64,000 nt of DNA from Burkholderiales bacterium (GTDB lineage Bacteria > Pseudomonadota > Gammaproteobacteria > Burkholderiales > Burkholderiaceae_C): contig JAGWTU010000028.1 of NCBI GenBank assembly GCA_028868825.1, positions 789-64,788 on the forward strand, written 5' to 3'. This document shows, piece after piece, positions 54,024 through 64,000 of the stretch. The translations under genes and the position numbers were made by a program. The notes under the pieces are model-generated. The model was not told where the DNA came from and ran no database searches. It saw only the letters and a program-made list of their open reading frames with translations. Within the stretch, counting starts at the first letter, position 1; each line of letters begins with the position of its first letter.

Positions 54024-56081
54024 TCAGGCTGCGGCCGGTGCCGCGGCGGCCGCGGCCGGGTTCGGCTCTGCCTCGTCGACCTCGATCGCGAGCTGCAGCA
54101 GCGGCGCCGCCTCGTCCTCGTCGTCGGGCACGTCGGTGGCCGCCGCAGCGGCGACCTCGGCCTCGGCATCCAGCCGCGCCGCCAGCGTCGCGTGCAGCTC
54201 GAGCGTCAGCAGGTCGATGCCGGTGACGCGGGCGCGCACGCGCGCGCCGCGCGCCAGGCTCTCGGTGCCGGCGACGCGGAACACCAGCGGCAACGCCTCG
54301 GCGCGCACGAGGCCGTCCTTCATCACCGCAGCGTCGATCTCGACCAGGGCCTGCTGCTCGACATAGCGCAGCGTCCAGTAGCGCTCGATCGCCTGCTGGA
54401 AGCCGTTGTAGGCCGCGTAGGCGGCATCGAAGGCCGAGATCACCGAGAACAGCGCCGCGTCCTTGGGCTTGAAGGGCGCCGCCAGCGCCGCCGTGCGACC
54501 GTGGCGCGCGCAGGCGATGATCTGCCACTGGTTGACGAGGTCGACGTAACGCCGCAGCGGCGAGGTCGACCAGGCGTATTGCGCCACGCCCATGCCGGCG
54601 TGCGGCGCCGGCTTCGTGCCCATGCGCACCTTGATGCCGGGCGCCAGGCTGGCCTGGCTGCGGTAGATCGCCGGCACGCCGAGCTCGCCGAGCCAGCCGC
54701 CCCAATGGCTGTTGGCCAGGATCATCGCCTCGGCGACGATGAGGTCCAGCGGCGCGCCGCGCCGCCGCGTCGTGATCTCGACCGGCTCGTCGCCGCGCGG
54801 CTCGTGAGCGGCGTCGGCGCGCTCGAGCCGGTAGTTGTAATCGGGGCGGTTGAAGTTCTCGGGCTTGCCGCGCACGACCTCGCGCCGGCGCTTGAGCTCG
54901 CGGGCGAGGCGGAAGGCGAAGGTGAGTTCGGCCGCGAACGGGAAGTCGGCCGGCGCCTCGCCGGCCAGCGCGGCCTCGGTGACCACGGCGTCGAGCCGGT
55001 CGTGGCGCAGGTTGGCGACGATGGGCACGCGCTCGATGCGCGTCTCGGCGCCGCGGATCGCGAGCGTCGCCTCGTCGAGCGTGAAGTACACGCTCAGCGC
55101 CGGGCAGTCGCGGCCTTCGGCCAGCGTGTAGGCCTGCACGACCTCGTCGGGCAGCATCGTGATCTTCCAGCCCGGCATGTAGACGGTCGAGAGGCGATCG
55201 CGGGCGATCCTGTCGAGCGCGCTGTCGGGCGTGATCGCCAGCCCCGGCGCCGCGATGTGGATGCCCAGCACGACGCTGCCGCTGCCCAGGCCCTGGAAGG
55301 ACAGCGCGTCGTCGATCTCGGTCGTCGCCGAATCGTCGATCGAGAACGCGCGCACGGCGGCCAGCGGCAGCTCCTCCTTGATCGCCGGCGCGGCCGGCGC
55401 CGCCGTGCCGAACCCGGTGCCCTTGGGGAACTCGTCGAAGAGGAAGCGCTGCCAGTGGAACTGGTAGGGGCTGGCGATGGCACCGGCGGCGGTCAGCAAG
55501 TCCAGCGGCGCGCGCTGGGCGCGCTTGGAGGCCTCGACCACGGCCTTGTACTCGGGGCCGTTCTTGTCGGGCTTGAAGAGGATGCGGTAGAGCTGCTCGC
55601 GCACCGGCTCGGGGCAGCGGCCGGCGACGAGTTCGGCCGCCCATTGCTCGATCTGCAGCGCGAGCTGCTTCTTGCGCTCGATGCCCAGCAGCGCGGCCTT
55701 CACCGTCTCCTCGGGCGCCTTCCTGAACTGGCCCTTGCCGAGGCGGCGGAAGTAATGCGGCGCGTCGAACAGGCGCAGCAGCGCCGCGGCCTGCTTCTCG
55801 GGGCCGGCGGCGGCGTCGAAATAGTCGCGTGCGAGGTCGGCGAAGCCGAACTCGGCCTCGGGCGCGAATTCCCAGGCCAGGTCGAGGTCGATCTCCAGCG
55901 CCAGTGCCTGCGCCTGCGCCATCAGCTCGGCCGGCGCCGGCTTGTCGAAGCGCAGCATCACGTTGGCCGTCTTGACCTTGACCCGCTTGCCCGAGTCGAG
56001 CTCGATCTGGACCGAGGCCTCGGCCTCGGACATCAGGCGGCCGGCGTGGAACTTCCCGGCGTCGTCGAAGAGTGCATACAT
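54024..56081 (-). CDS. RNB domain-containing ribonuclease (RNase II/R family)
   Basis: Start at MYALFDDAGKFHAGRL. RNB core FSIDDSATTEIDDALS and YAWSTSPLRRYVDLVNQ. Confidence 0.8.
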   Translation of the reverse strand: MYALFDDAGKFHAGRLMSEAEASVQIELDSGKRVKVKTANVMLRFDKPAPAELMAQAQALALEIDLDLAWEFAPEAEFGFADLARDYFDAAAGPEKQAAALLRLFDAPHYFRRLGKGQFRKAPEETVKAALLGIERKKQLALQIEQWAAELVAGRCPEPVREQLYRILFKPDKNGPEYKAVVEASKRAQRAPLDLLTAAGAIASPYQFHWQRFLFDEFPKGTGFGTAAPAAPAIKEELPLAAVRAFSIDDSATTEIDDALSFQGLGSGSVVLGIHIAAPGLAITPDSALDRIARDRLSTVYMPGWKITMLPDEVVQAYTLAEGRDCPALSVYFTLDEATLAIRGAETRIERVPIVANLRHDRLDAVVTEAALAGEAPADFPFAAELTFAFRLARELKRRREVVRGKPENFNRPDYNYRLERADAAHEPRGDEPVEITTRRRGAPLDLIVAEAMILANSHWGGWLGELGVPAIYRSQASLAPGIKVRMGTKPAPHAGMGVAQYAWSTSPLRRYVDLVNQWQIIACARHGRTAALAAPFKPKDAALFSVISAFDAAYAAYNGFQQAIERYWTLRYVEQQALVEIDAAVMKDGLVRAEALPLVFRVAGTESLARGARVRARVTGIDLLTLELHATLAARLDAEAEVAAAAATDVPDDEDEAAPLLQLAIEVDEAEPNPAAAAAAPAAA

Positions 56082-56680
56082 GGGCCCGATTGTCGCCGCA
56101 GGCCCAGGAAGTCGATCAGCGCCGGCAGATGGTCGTCGAAGTCCGACAGGCCGTGGTCGCTGCCCTCGACCAGGCGCAGCGCGCAACCGGCGTAACGCGA
56201 CGTCATCTCGCGCCAGTCGAGCAGCTCGTCGCCCTTGGCGACGACGGCCAGCAGCCGCTCGGGGTGGCCGATCGGCGGGCGGCCGAGGGCGCGCAGCTCG
56301 GCCAGGTGCGCCGACGTGAAGGCGAAGCGGCGCTGCGGGTCGTGCCACCCCGTCTGCTCGCCGACGGCCGCCGCGAGGTCGCGCGCCGGTTCGACGGCCG
56401 GGTTGATGACGGCGCCGCGCCAGCCACGCTCCTGCGCCAGCAGCGTCGCGTAGTAGCCGCCGAGCGAACTGCCGACGACGGCGCTGGTGGCCGCCGGCCA
56501 ATCGGCGGTGGCGGCGCGCACGAGGTCCATCGCCGCGCGCGGCGAGGGCGGCAGCTCGGGGCACAGCCATTGCAGATCGGGTCGCTCGGCGGCGACCCAG
56601 GCGGCGAGGCGGCGCGCCTTGGCCGAAGCCGGCGACGAGCGAAAGCCGTGCAGGTAGATCAGGTGTGTCGCTGGCTCCAT
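56033..56680 (-). CDS. YqiA/YcfP family esterase (alpha/beta hydrolase, UPF0227)
   Basis: MEPATHLIYLHGFRSSPASAKA, the nucleophile elbow VVGSSLGGYYA and a C-terminal GSDHGL. The 3' end overlaps the RNB gene start by 49 nt. Confidence 0.7.
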   Translation of the reverse strand: MEPATHLIYLHGFRSSPASAKARRLAAWVAAERPDLQWLCPELPPSPRAAMDLVRAATADWPAATSAVVGSSLGGYYATLLAQERGWRGAVINPAVEPARDLAAAVGEQTGWHDPQRRFAFTSAHLAELRALGRPPIGHPERLLAVVAKGDELLDWREMTSRYAGCALRLVEGSDHGLSDFDDHLPALIDFLGLRRQSGPCMHSSTTPGSSTPAA

Positions 56681-56773
56681 GTCGGCTCCGTAGAAACGTG
56701 TGCTCGAAATCCGGTCCCCGGTTGCAGAATCCGCGGCTTTGACTGCGGCCGCGACGCGGCCAGGCAACCCATC

Positions 56774-59446
56774 ATGCGCAAAGTCTCGCACCACCCGCTC
56801 ACACGGGCCGCCACCGCGGCAGCAGCACTCGCCGTCGCCGGCTGCGCGACACCGCCGGCCGCCGCGCCGACTTCGGCGAGAGCGGTCGCCAGCGCCGCCG
56901 CCGCGGCGTCGGCACCGGACAACGCGGCCTCGGCTCCCGATGCCGACGGTCTCAAGCCCTTCGCCGTCGTCTCCAAGGGCGCCCAGCGTCAGGACGGCTA
57001 TATCCCGGTCTGGCGCAAGGACGACAAGGTCTGGCTCGAGATCGGCCCGGACCGCCTCGACAAGCCGCTGCTGTTCACGGTCAACGTCGCGCAGTCGGTC
57101 GGCGAGCGCGGGCTCTACGCGAGCCAGATGGGGCCGAGCTGGATGGTCGAGTTCCACCGCATCGGCAAGCAGATGCAGGTCGTCGCCAAGCAGCTCGATT
57201 TCCGCGCCCCGGGCGACCCGGCGTCGCGGCGCGCCGTTGGCCAGGGCTTCAGCGACAGCGTCGTCGCCTCGGGGCCGGTGTCCAGTGCCGAGGATCCGGC
57301 GCGCAAGGCGGTGCTCGTCGATGCGTCGTTCCTGCTCGCCGACATCGCCGGCTACAGCACGGCGCTCGAGATGGCGTACCGCATGCCCTACGCGCCCGAC
57401 AAGGCGAACTCGTACTTCGAGCGCGTGCGCGCCGATGCCGGCATGACGACGCTCGAGGCCAAGGTGCTCTACGCCGTGCCGCGCATCGCCGCGCCGCCGC
57501 TGCTGCCGCCGGGCGCGCCCCGGCCGATGACGCCGCCGCCGTCGGAGAACCTGCCCGACCCGCGCAGCCTCTTCGTCGGCTATGTCTACAGCCTGCGCGA
57601 GCTGCCGCCGCAGCCGATGACGCCGCGCGCCGCCGACCCGCGCGTGGGCTATTTCACCGAGAGCTACACCGACCTGTCGAACGACTTCCGCGCCAACCCG
57701 CGCGTGCACCAGATCCGGCGCTGGCGGCTCGAGAAGAAGGACCCGCAGGCGGCGCTGTCCGAACCGGTGCAGCCCATCACCTACTGGCTCGATGCCAACA
57801 TCCCCGCGCGCTACCGGGCCAGCATCCGCGCCGGCATCCTGGAGTGGAACAAGGCCTTCGAGAAGATCGGCTACAAGGACGCGATCGTCGTGCGCCAGCA
57901 GGCCGACGGCGACGATTTCGACGACATGGACGCGCAGCACGCGTCGATACGCTGGTTCGTCGGCGCCGATGTCGGCTTCGCCATCGGCCCCAACCGCGAC
58001 GACCCGCGCACCGGCGAGATCCTCGACGCCGACATCGGCATGAGCGATGTCTTCGGTCGCGGCGCGCGGCGCCTGATCCGCGACGACGTGCCGCGGCTGC
58101 CGGCGATCGTCGGCCGCCATGCCGACGAGGCCTGCGACTACGCCGCCGAGGCCGCCGAGCAGTTCGATTTCGCGCTCGACCTGCTCGAGGCGCGCGGCGA
58201 ACTCGACCCCGACAGCCCCGAGGCCGAGGCCTTCGTGCAGAACTACATCAAGGACGTCATCACGCACGAGGTCGGCCACACGCTGGGCCTGCGCCACAAC
58301 TTCAAGGCCTCGACGACGGTCACGCTGGCCGAGCTCAAGGACAAGGCCTGGGCCGAGAGCCACGGCATTTCGGGTTCGGTGATGGACTACAACGCCTTCA
58401 ACCTGCCGCTGGCGGGCGAGGCGAAGAGCGAATACAACATGGTCACGCTGGGCGCCTACGACTACTGGGCGATCGAATACGGCTACAAGCCGCTGACCCC
58501 GGGGCACGAGAAGGCCGAGCTCGAGGCGATCGCCGAGCGCAGCCGCAACGACCCGCGGCTGGCCTTCGCCGACGACGGCGATGCCGGCGGCTTCGGCGGC
58601 ATCACCGGGCTCGACCCGCTGGTCAACCGCTTCGACCTCGGCAACGACCCGCTGGGCTGGTACGAGCGGCGGCTGCAGCTCACGCGCGAGCTCTGGCAGC
58701 GCGTCGAGCAGCGCAGGCCGCAAGCCGGCGACGACCCCGAGCGCGCGCGCCGCAGCGTCCTCGAAGGCCTGCGCCAGTTGCGCAACATGCCCGAGCTCGC
58801 GGCCAAGTACGTCGGCGGCATGAACACCTCGCGCGACCTGCCGGGCAGCGGCAAGCCGGCCTACGTGCCGGTCGATCCGGCCCAGCAGCGGCGGGCGCTG
58901 CGCTTCCTGACGAGCGGCATCTTCGGCGCCGACAGCTTCCGCTTCTCGCCCGAGTTCCTGGCCAGCGTCGGGCCCGACTACGTCGAATGGAAACGCAACG
59001 GCCCGCTCGACGTCGGCGCCGCCGTGCTCAAGCTGCAGACCACGGCGATGGACAAGCTGCTCGACGCCGGCACCGCGCAGCGCCTGCTCGACCTGCCGAA
59101 CTTCCTGCCTGCCGCGCAGCGCAAGGGCGCGATCGGCCTGGCCGAGGTCTACGCGACGCTGCGCGAGGCCGTCTGGTCGGAGCTGAAATCCGGCAAGGAC
59201 ATCGACCCGCTGCGGCGCGACCTGCAGCGCGCGCACCTGCGTCGCCTGCAGGCCGTCCTGACGAAGCCGGCCCCCGACTTGCCGGCCGACGCGATCAGCC
59301 TGACGCGGATGAACGCGGTCGAACTGCAGGGTGAACTGCGGCGCGCCGCGGGCCGTTCGGGGCTCTCGGTCGAGACGCGCGCGCATCTGCAGGATGCGCT
59401 GGAGCTGATCACCGAGGCGCTGAAGGCCACGCTGCAACGCAGCTGA
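56774..59446 (+). CDS. Zinc-dependent metalloprotease lipoprotein (DUF4953/DUF5117-type, metzincin-like)
   Basis: Lipobox ALAVAGC, the zinc motif ITHEVGHTLGLRHNF and downstream SVMDYN. 890 aa. Confidence 0.8.
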   Translation: MRKVSHHPLTRAATAAAALAVAGCATPPAAAPTSARAVASAAAAASAPDNAASAPDADGLKPFAVVSKGAQRQDGYIPVWRKDDKVWLEIGPDRLDKPLLFTVNVAQSVGERGLYASQMGPSWMVEFHRIGKQMQVVAKQLDFRAPGDPASRRAVGQGFSDSVVASGPVSSAEDPARKAVLVDASFLLADIAGYSTALEMAYRMPYAPDKANSYFERVRADAGMTTLEAKVLYAVPRIAAPPLLPPGAPRPMTPPPSENLPDPRSLFVGYVYSLRELPPQPMTPRAADPRVGYFTESYTDLSNDFRANPRVHQIRRWRLEKKDPQAALSEPVQPITYWLDANIPARYRASIRAGILEWNKAFEKIGYKDAIVVRQQADGDDFDDMDAQHASIRWFVGADVGFAIGPNRDDPRTGEILDADIGMSDVFGRGARRLIRDDVPRLPAIVGRHADEACDYAAEAAEQFDFALDLLEARGELDPDSPEAEAFVQNYIKDVITHEVGHTLGLRHNFKASTTVTLAELKDKAWAESHGISGSVMDYNAFNLPLAGEAKSEYNMVTLGAYDYWAIEYGYKPLTPGHEKAELEAIAERSRNDPRLAFADDGDAGGFGGITGLDPLVNRFDLGNDPLGWYERRLQLTRELWQRVEQRRPQAGDDPERARRSVLEGLRQLRNMPELAAKYVGGMNTSRDLPGSGKPAYVPVDPAQQRRALRFLTSGIFGADSFRFSPEFLASVGPDYVEWKRNGPLDVGAAVLKLQTTAMDKLLDAGTAQRLLDLPNFLPAAQRKGAIGLAEVYATLREAVWSELKSGKDIDPLRRDLQRAHLRRLQAVLTKPAPDLPADAISLTRMNAVELQGELRRAAGRSGLSVETRAHLQDALELITEALKATLQRS

Positions 59447-59451
59447 GATCC

Positions 59452-59480
59452 GCGGCGCGCGGTTCGCCGCCGCGCGCCGC
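59452..59480. terminator. GC-rich hairpin between the convergent metalloprotease and mpl genes (candidate bidirectional terminator)
   Basis: GCGGCGCGCGG-TTCGCCG-CCGCGCGCCGC is a perfect 11-bp stem that fills the 34-nt intergenic gap. Confidence 0.45.
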
Positions 59481-60878
59481 CTATTCCTTCGCGGCCGCCA
59501 AGGCCGCGAGCAGCTTGGCGTGGATGCCGCCGAAGCCGCCGTTGCTCATGCACAGCACGGCGTCGCCCGGATGTGCGGCCCGGGCGATGGCGGCGACGAG
59601 CGCGTCGACGCTGTCGGCGACGACGGCCTTCTTGCCCAGCGGCGCCAGCGCCTCGCGCGCGCTCCAGCCATAGTCCCCCTGCAGGCAGAACGCGAGGTCG
59701 GCGTTCTCCAGCGACCAGGGCAGCTGCGCCTTCATCGTCCCGAGCTTCATCGTGTTGCTGCGCGGCTCGAAGGCGGCGAGGATGCGCGGCGGCGGCGTCG
59801 GCAACGCGCCGGCGGCGTCACGCTCCAGCGCGCGGTGCAGGCCGTCGATGGTCGTGCGCATGGCGGTCGGGTGGTGCGCGAAATCGTCGTAGACGCGCAC
59901 GCCGCCGGCCGTGCCGCGCAGCTCGAGCCGCCGGCGCACGTTCTCGAACGTCGCCAGCGCCGCGCAGGCGGCCTCGGTCGCCACGCCCAGGTGCTCGGCG
60001 GCGCCGATGGCGGCCAGCGCGTTCATCTGGTTGTGCTCGCCGATCAGGTTCCACGCCACATGGCCGAGCTTGAGGCTGCCGCGCAGCACGTCGAACGACG
60101 AGGCATCGCCGCGTGCGCACAGCCCGCCCGGTTCCTCGCGCTTGGTGCCGAAGCGCTGCACCTCGCTCCAGCAGCCGCGCGCGAGCACGCGCGCCAGTGC
60201 CGGGTCGCGCGCGTTGACGATCAGCCGGCCGCTGCCCGGCACCGTGCGCACGAGGTGGTGGAACTGCGTCTCGATCGCCGCGAGGTCGGGGAAGATGTCG
60301 GCGTGGTCGTGTTCGAGGTTGTTGAGGATCGCCGTGCGCGGCCGGTAGTGGACGAACTTGCTGCGCTTGTCGAAGAGGGCTGTGTCGTACTCGTCGGCCT
60401 CGATGACGAACGGCCGGCCGGCGCCCAGTCGCGCCGAGACGCCGAAATTCAGCGGCACGCCGCCGACGAGGAAACCCGGCCGCAGCCCCGCCTGCTCGAG
60501 GATCCAGGCCAGCATCGCCGTCGTCGTCGTCTTGCCATGAGTGCCGGCCACGGCCAGCACATGGCGGCGGGCCAGCACCTGTTCGGCCAGCCATTGCGGG
60601 CCGCTCGTGTAGGCGGCGCCGGCGTCGAGGATGGCCTCCATCAGCGGAAAGGCCTCGCCGCGCGTGACGACGTTGCCGACGACGTAGACATCGGGCTTCA
60701 GCGCCATCTGGTCGGCGCCGAAGCCTTCGATCAACTCGATGCCGAGCGCGCGCAACTGCTCGCTCATCGGCGGGTAGACGCCGCTGTCGCAACCGCTGAC
60801 CTTGTGGCCGGCTTCCTGCGCGAGCGCCGCGAGGCCGCCCATGAAGGTGCCGCAGATGCCGAGGATGTGAACGTGCAT
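59481..60878 (-). CDS. mpl: UDP-N-acetylmuramate:L-alanyl-gamma-D-glutamyl-meso-diaminopimelate ligase
   Basis: MHVHILGICGTFMGGLAALAQEAGHKVSGCD and AVAGTHGKTTTTAM (Mur ligase P-loop), with Mpl-like overall length. Confidence 0.9.
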   Translation of the reverse strand: MHVHILGICGTFMGGLAALAQEAGHKVSGCDSGVYPPMSEQLRALGIELIEGFGADQMALKPDVYVVGNVVTRGEAFPLMEAILDAGAAYTSGPQWLAEQVLARRHVLAVAGTHGKTTTTAMLAWILEQAGLRPGFLVGGVPLNFGVSARLGAGRPFVIEADEYDTALFDKRSKFVHYRPRTAILNNLEHDHADIFPDLAAIETQFHHLVRTVPGSGRLIVNARDPALARVLARGCWSEVQRFGTKREEPGGLCARGDASSFDVLRGSLKLGHVAWNLIGEHNQMNALAAIGAAEHLGVATEAACAALATFENVRRRLELRGTAGGVRVYDDFAHHPTAMRTTIDGLHRALERDAAGALPTPPPRILAAFEPRSNTMKLGTMKAQLPWSLENADLAFCLQGDYGWSAREALAPLGKKAVVADSVDALVAAIARAAHPGDAVLCMSNGGFGGIHAKLLAALAAAKE

Positions 60879-60936
60879 GGGGCATTCTAGGGACGGCGGG
60901 CGCCGTCGATGCCGCGGCAACGCGCCGCCGCTGGCT

Positions 60937-62937
60937 CTAAGGCGTGAGGCTGTGCGCGAGGAAGGCGTCGAGCCGGGTCAGAAAGTCGGCGTGATGGGTC
61001 CTGTACGTCCAGCCATGACCCTCGTCGTCGTAGGTGACGCTGTCGACCGCGACGCCGGCCGCGCGCGCCGCGGCGACGAAGCGGCTCGCATGCTCGGGCG
61101 GGACGCGGCGGTCGAGGCGGCCCTGCGCCAGCAGCAGCGGCACCTTGATCTCGGCCACGCGCTCGATCGGCGAGGCCTGGGCCAGCATCGCCACGTCGCG
61201 ATCGGGGTCGCCGATGAGCGCCGGCAGCGCGTATTCGCGGCCTTCGGCGGAACTGTCGCTGATGATCCAGCGGCTGTACATCAACTTCAGGTCGGTGACG
61301 CCGGCGAAGCTCGCCGCGCAGCGGTAGACGCCCGGGTTGCGCACCGGCCCCATCAGCGCCGCATAGCCGCCGTAGCTGCTGCCGACGATGCAGACCCGTT
61401 TCGCGTCGACGAGGCCCTGGGCGGCGGCCCAGGCGACGGCGTCGGCGAGGTCGTCCTGCATCGCGGCGCCCCATTGCCTGAGTCCGGCCTCGAAATGGCG
61501 CGCGCCGAGGCCGTCGCTGCCGCGGAACTCGGGCTCGATGACGCGGTAGCCGCGCGCGGCGAGGAACTGCGCCTCCTCGCTCCAGCCGCGGTCGACGCCG
61601 CGCAGCCAGGGCCCGCCGTGGACGAGGACGACGGCGGGCAGCGCCTCGCGATCATGGCCCGGCGGATGGGTGACGACGAGCGGCAGCGGCAGGCCGTCGC
61701 GCGCCGTCGTCCAGTGCCAGCTGCGCCGCGCCTGTGTCGACTCGGCGATCCAGGGCCGCACGGCACCGAGCGCCGAAAGCGTCCGCCGCTGCGGGTCGTA
61801 GACGAAGTACTCGCCGGGCTGGCGGTCCGATTGCGACAGCACGAGATAGTTCGCGCTGGTCGCGCAGCGGCCGCAGGCGATGCGGTTCGAGCGATCCGCC
61901 GGCAGCGCCGCGTCGACGGCCTTCTGCAGCGCCGCCATGCGCTCGCTGAACCAGGCCGTGATCGGGCGGTCGGCGACGAGCCGCGCGCCGACGACCTCGT
62001 GCCGGCGGTCGTCGACGATGGCGGTGGCGATGTCGTAGCGCGCGGCCTGCGCCAGCGGCTCGGGGTCGAGGTGGCGCCGCTTCAGGTCGTAATGGAAGAG
62101 GCCGAAGGTGTCGCCGCCGGCGCGCGTGCGCACGACGAGGCGGCCGTCCGCCTCGAGGTAGACCGGGTGCAGCGCGGCGGCGGCGAGCGCGTCCTGGTCG
62201 TCGACCGTCACCCAGTCGCCGGATCCACCCTCGCGCCACAGCAGCTTCAAGCGGCCCTGCCGCCGCGTGGCGACGACGCGCAACTCGCCCGCGGCGTCGA
62301 AGACCCAGGCGACGGCCGCGCCCGGCACGCCGATGCCGATCGCCTTCGTCGCGCCGGTGCGCGTGTCCAGGCGCAGCAACCGGGTGTCGACCGGCTCGCC
62401 CGCCTCGGTGCGCGTCGTCTGCGCCATCACGACTTCGTCGCCGCCGCCGTCGAACGTTTCGAGCAGTTGCCAGCGGTAGTCGAGCATGCGCGTCTTGATG
62501 TGCGTGCCGATGTCGTTGATGCCGTCGACCCAGGCGACGAGCTGGCGATCCTCCTTGCCGTCGGCGTCGACGGCGAGGATGCCGCGCTCGCGGCTGCTCA
62601 GCGACTGGCCCGGTGCCGATGCGCCGTAGATCAGGCGCCGCTCGTTGACCCAGCGGAACCAGCGGATGTCGATGTCGCGGAAGCCGGCGACGATGCGGGC
62701 CGCGGCCGCGATCGGCAACTCCTGCACGACCAGGGCCTGGCGACCGTTGCCCTGCGGCACGAGCATCGCGAGCCGCTGCCCGTCGGGTGAAATCGATACC
62801 TGGGCGATGTGCGCCTTGCGCGTGTAGAGCGCGGCGACTTCGGCGGCCGCGCTCGGCGCGGTCTCGGGGGCGGCGATGGCCGGCGCGGCGATCAGCGCGG
62901 CCAGCAGCGCCGCGATGCACGGCAACGACGGGGACAT
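60937..62937 (-). CDS. S9 family serine peptidase (prolyl oligopeptidase/dipeptidyl aminopeptidase-like)
   Basis: Signal peptide, a long beta-propeller-like N-terminal region and a C-terminal catalytic domain with CIVGSSYGGYAAL. Confidence 0.8.
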   Translation of the reverse strand: MSPSLPCIAALLAALIAAPAIAAPETAPSAAAEVAALYTRKAHIAQVSISPDGQRLAMLVPQGNGRQALVVQELPIAAAARIVAGFRDIDIRWFRWVNERRLIYGASAPGQSLSSRERGILAVDADGKEDRQLVAWVDGINDIGTHIKTRMLDYRWQLLETFDGGGDEVVMAQTTRTEAGEPVDTRLLRLDTRTGATKAIGIGVPGAAVAWVFDAAGELRVVATRRQGRLKLLWREGGSGDWVTVDDQDALAAAALHPVYLEADGRLVVRTRAGGDTFGLFHYDLKRRHLDPEPLAQAARYDIATAIVDDRRHEVVGARLVADRPITAWFSERMAALQKAVDAALPADRSNRIACGRCATSANYLVLSQSDRQPGEYFVYDPQRRTLSALGAVRPWIAESTQARRSWHWTTARDGLPLPLVVTHPPGHDREALPAVVLVHGGPWLRGVDRGWSEEAQFLAARGYRVIEPEFRGSDGLGARHFEAGLRQWGAAMQDDLADAVAWAAAQGLVDAKRVCIVGSSYGGYAALMGPVRNPGVYRCAASFAGVTDLKLMYSRWIISDSSAEGREYALPALIGDPDRDVAMLAQASPIERVAEIKVPLLLAQGRLDRRVPPEHASRFVAAARAAGVAVDSVTYDDEGHGWTYRTHHADFLTRLDAFLAHSLTP

Positions 62938-63006
62938 GGGACCTCGGGGCGAGCGGGTGGAGGCCCACTCTAACCCCGGCGTGCAGGGTCCCGGCCCTCG
63001 ACCCTG

Positions 63007-64000
63007 TCAGGCCGACAGGGCCTGCGCGCTCGCCGCCACGGTGGCTTCGATGTCGGCGGCGCCGTGCGCGGCGCTGACGAAGCCGGCCTCGTAGAGCGCC
63101 GGCGCGAGGTAGACGCCGCGATCCAGCATGGCGTGGAAATAGCGGTTGAAGCGGTCCTTGTCGGTGGCCAGCACGGCGCCGTAGTTCTGCGGCAGCTCGG
63201 ACGCGAAGAAGAAGCCGAACATGCCGCCCTCGCAGTCGCCCACCAGCGGCACGCCGGCGGCGCGCGCGCTGGCGGTGAGGCCGTCGACGAGCGAGCGCGT
63301 GCGCGCGGCCAGCGCCTCGAAGAAGCCGGGTTTGGCGATCTCGCGCAGCGTCGCCAGGCCGCAGGCGGTGGCCACCGGATTGCCGCTGAGCGTGCCGGCC
63401 TGGTAGACCGGGCCGAGCGGCGCGAGCAGGCTCATCACGGCGCGGCTGCCGCCGAAGGCCGCCAGTGGCATGCCGCCGCCGATGACCTTGCCGAAGACGC
63501 TCAAGTCGGGGCGGAAGCCCGGAATCAGCTTCGCGTAGAGGCTCTGCGCGCCGCCCAGCGCGACACGGAAACCCGTCATCACCTCGTCGAACACGAGCAT
63601 CGTGCCGTGTTGCGTGCACAGCTCGCGCAGCCGCTTCATGAACGGCACGGCGGCGCGCACGAAGTTCATGTTGCCGGCGATCGGCTCGATCATCACGCAG
63701 GCGATCTCGTCGCCCTGGGTCGCGAAGGCCTGCTCGATCTGCTCGACGTTGTTGTATTCGAGCACCAGCGTGTGCTTGACGACGTCCTCGGGCACGCCGG
63801 CGCTGGTCGGGTGGCCGAAGGTCGCCAGTCCCGAACCGGCCTTCACGAGCAGCGCGTCGGCATGGCCGTGGTAGCAGCCCTCGAACTTGATGATCTTCAC
63901 GCGGCCGGTGGCGCCGCGCGCCAGGCGCAGCGCGCTCATGCCGGCCTCGGTGCCGCTGCTCACCAGCCGCACCTGCTCGACGCCGGGGACCTGGGCGATG
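63007..64000 (-). CDS. hemL: Glutamate-1-semialdehyde 2,1-aminomutase, 3' part (the N-terminus lies beyond the window end)
   Basis: [30 protein letters not shown] and [16 protein letters not shown]. The reading frame stays open to position 64000. Confidence 0.9.
   Translation of the reverse strand, partial: IAQVPGVEQVRLVSSGTEAGMSALRLARGATGRVKIIKFEGCYHGHADALLVKAGSGLATFGHPTSAGVPEDVVKHTLVLEYNNVEQIEQAFATQGDEIACVMIEPIAGNMNFVRAAVPFMKRLRELCTQHGTMLVFDEVMTGFRVALGGAQSLYAKLIPGFRPDLSVFGKVIGGGMPLAAFGGSRAVMSLLAPLGPVYQAGTLSGNPVATACGLATLREIAKPGFFEALAARTRSLVDGLTASARAAGVPLVGDCEGGMFGFFFASELPQNYGAVLATDKDRFNRYFHAMLDRGVYLAPALYEAGFVSAAHGAADIEATVAASAQALSA

Noticed and set aside
62938-63006. Hairpin CAGGGTC-N9-GACCCTG downstream of hemL as a terminator
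   Set aside because: The stem is 7 bp and no U-tract follows on the minus strand. The support is too weak to call.
1-64000. Search for tRNA, rRNA, CRISPR arrays, transposases/IS ends, integrases, phage genes, and toxin-antitoxin or classical defence genes
   Set aside because: No intergenic region is long enough or has the right structure for tRNA or rRNA. No spaced direct-repeat arrays were seen. No ORF translation showed transposase, integrase, or restriction or Cas-like motifs. The absence is based on visual inspection only.

Overview
High-GC (about 70% judged by eye, not computed), densely coding chromosomal window. Its housekeeping gene order looks betaproteobacterial and Burkholderiales-like (yajC-secD-secF, dprA-smg, def-fmt, pgk/pyk/fba, accB-accC-prmA, aroE-mtgA, mpl, hemL). 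I found no rRNA, tRNA, CRISPR array, transposase or prophage genes. All family names come from reading motifs in the translated ORFs; no searches were run.

Positions 1-18496 are a polysaccharide (EPS) biosynthesis and decoration island. It is built as two divergent, translationally coupled operons around a 272-bp control region (11619-11890).
- Minus strand: ACP, a secreted TPR-like protein, an ATP-grasp::LMW-PTP fusion, a sulfotransferase-like protein, two alpha/beta hydrolases, a GT2, a Wzx-like flippase, an AsnB-like amidotransferase without the N-terminal Cys, a SAM methyltransferase, a second GT2, and a frameshifted acyltransferase-3 gene at the window edge.
- Plus strand: an AMP-forming acyl-CoA ligase, a PLP decarboxylase, a parallel beta-helix protein and an oversized O-antigen-ligase-like protein.

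The ligase, ACP, decarboxylase, hydrolase 1, hydrolase 2 and ligase-like proteins match the gene set described as exosortase A (EpsH1/PEP-CTERM)-associated, whose chemistry is still unknown. Here it carries three extra inserted genes. This is my best candidate for an undescribed system.

The rest of the window (18.5-64 kb) is housekeeping, with two insertions in the pgk...pyk...fba block.
- A GDP-D-glycero-alpha-D-manno-heptose pathway (hddA-gmhA-hddC-gmhB-like) plus an EpsH1-type sugar transferase, followed by maeB and an RlpA-like gene.
- A single reverse-strand gene encoding a wHTH + GHKL-ATPase + STAS-like (DUF4325-like) protein between pyk and fba.

Many very long ORFs in the six-frame track are antisense or run-on artefacts of the high GC content and were rejected.
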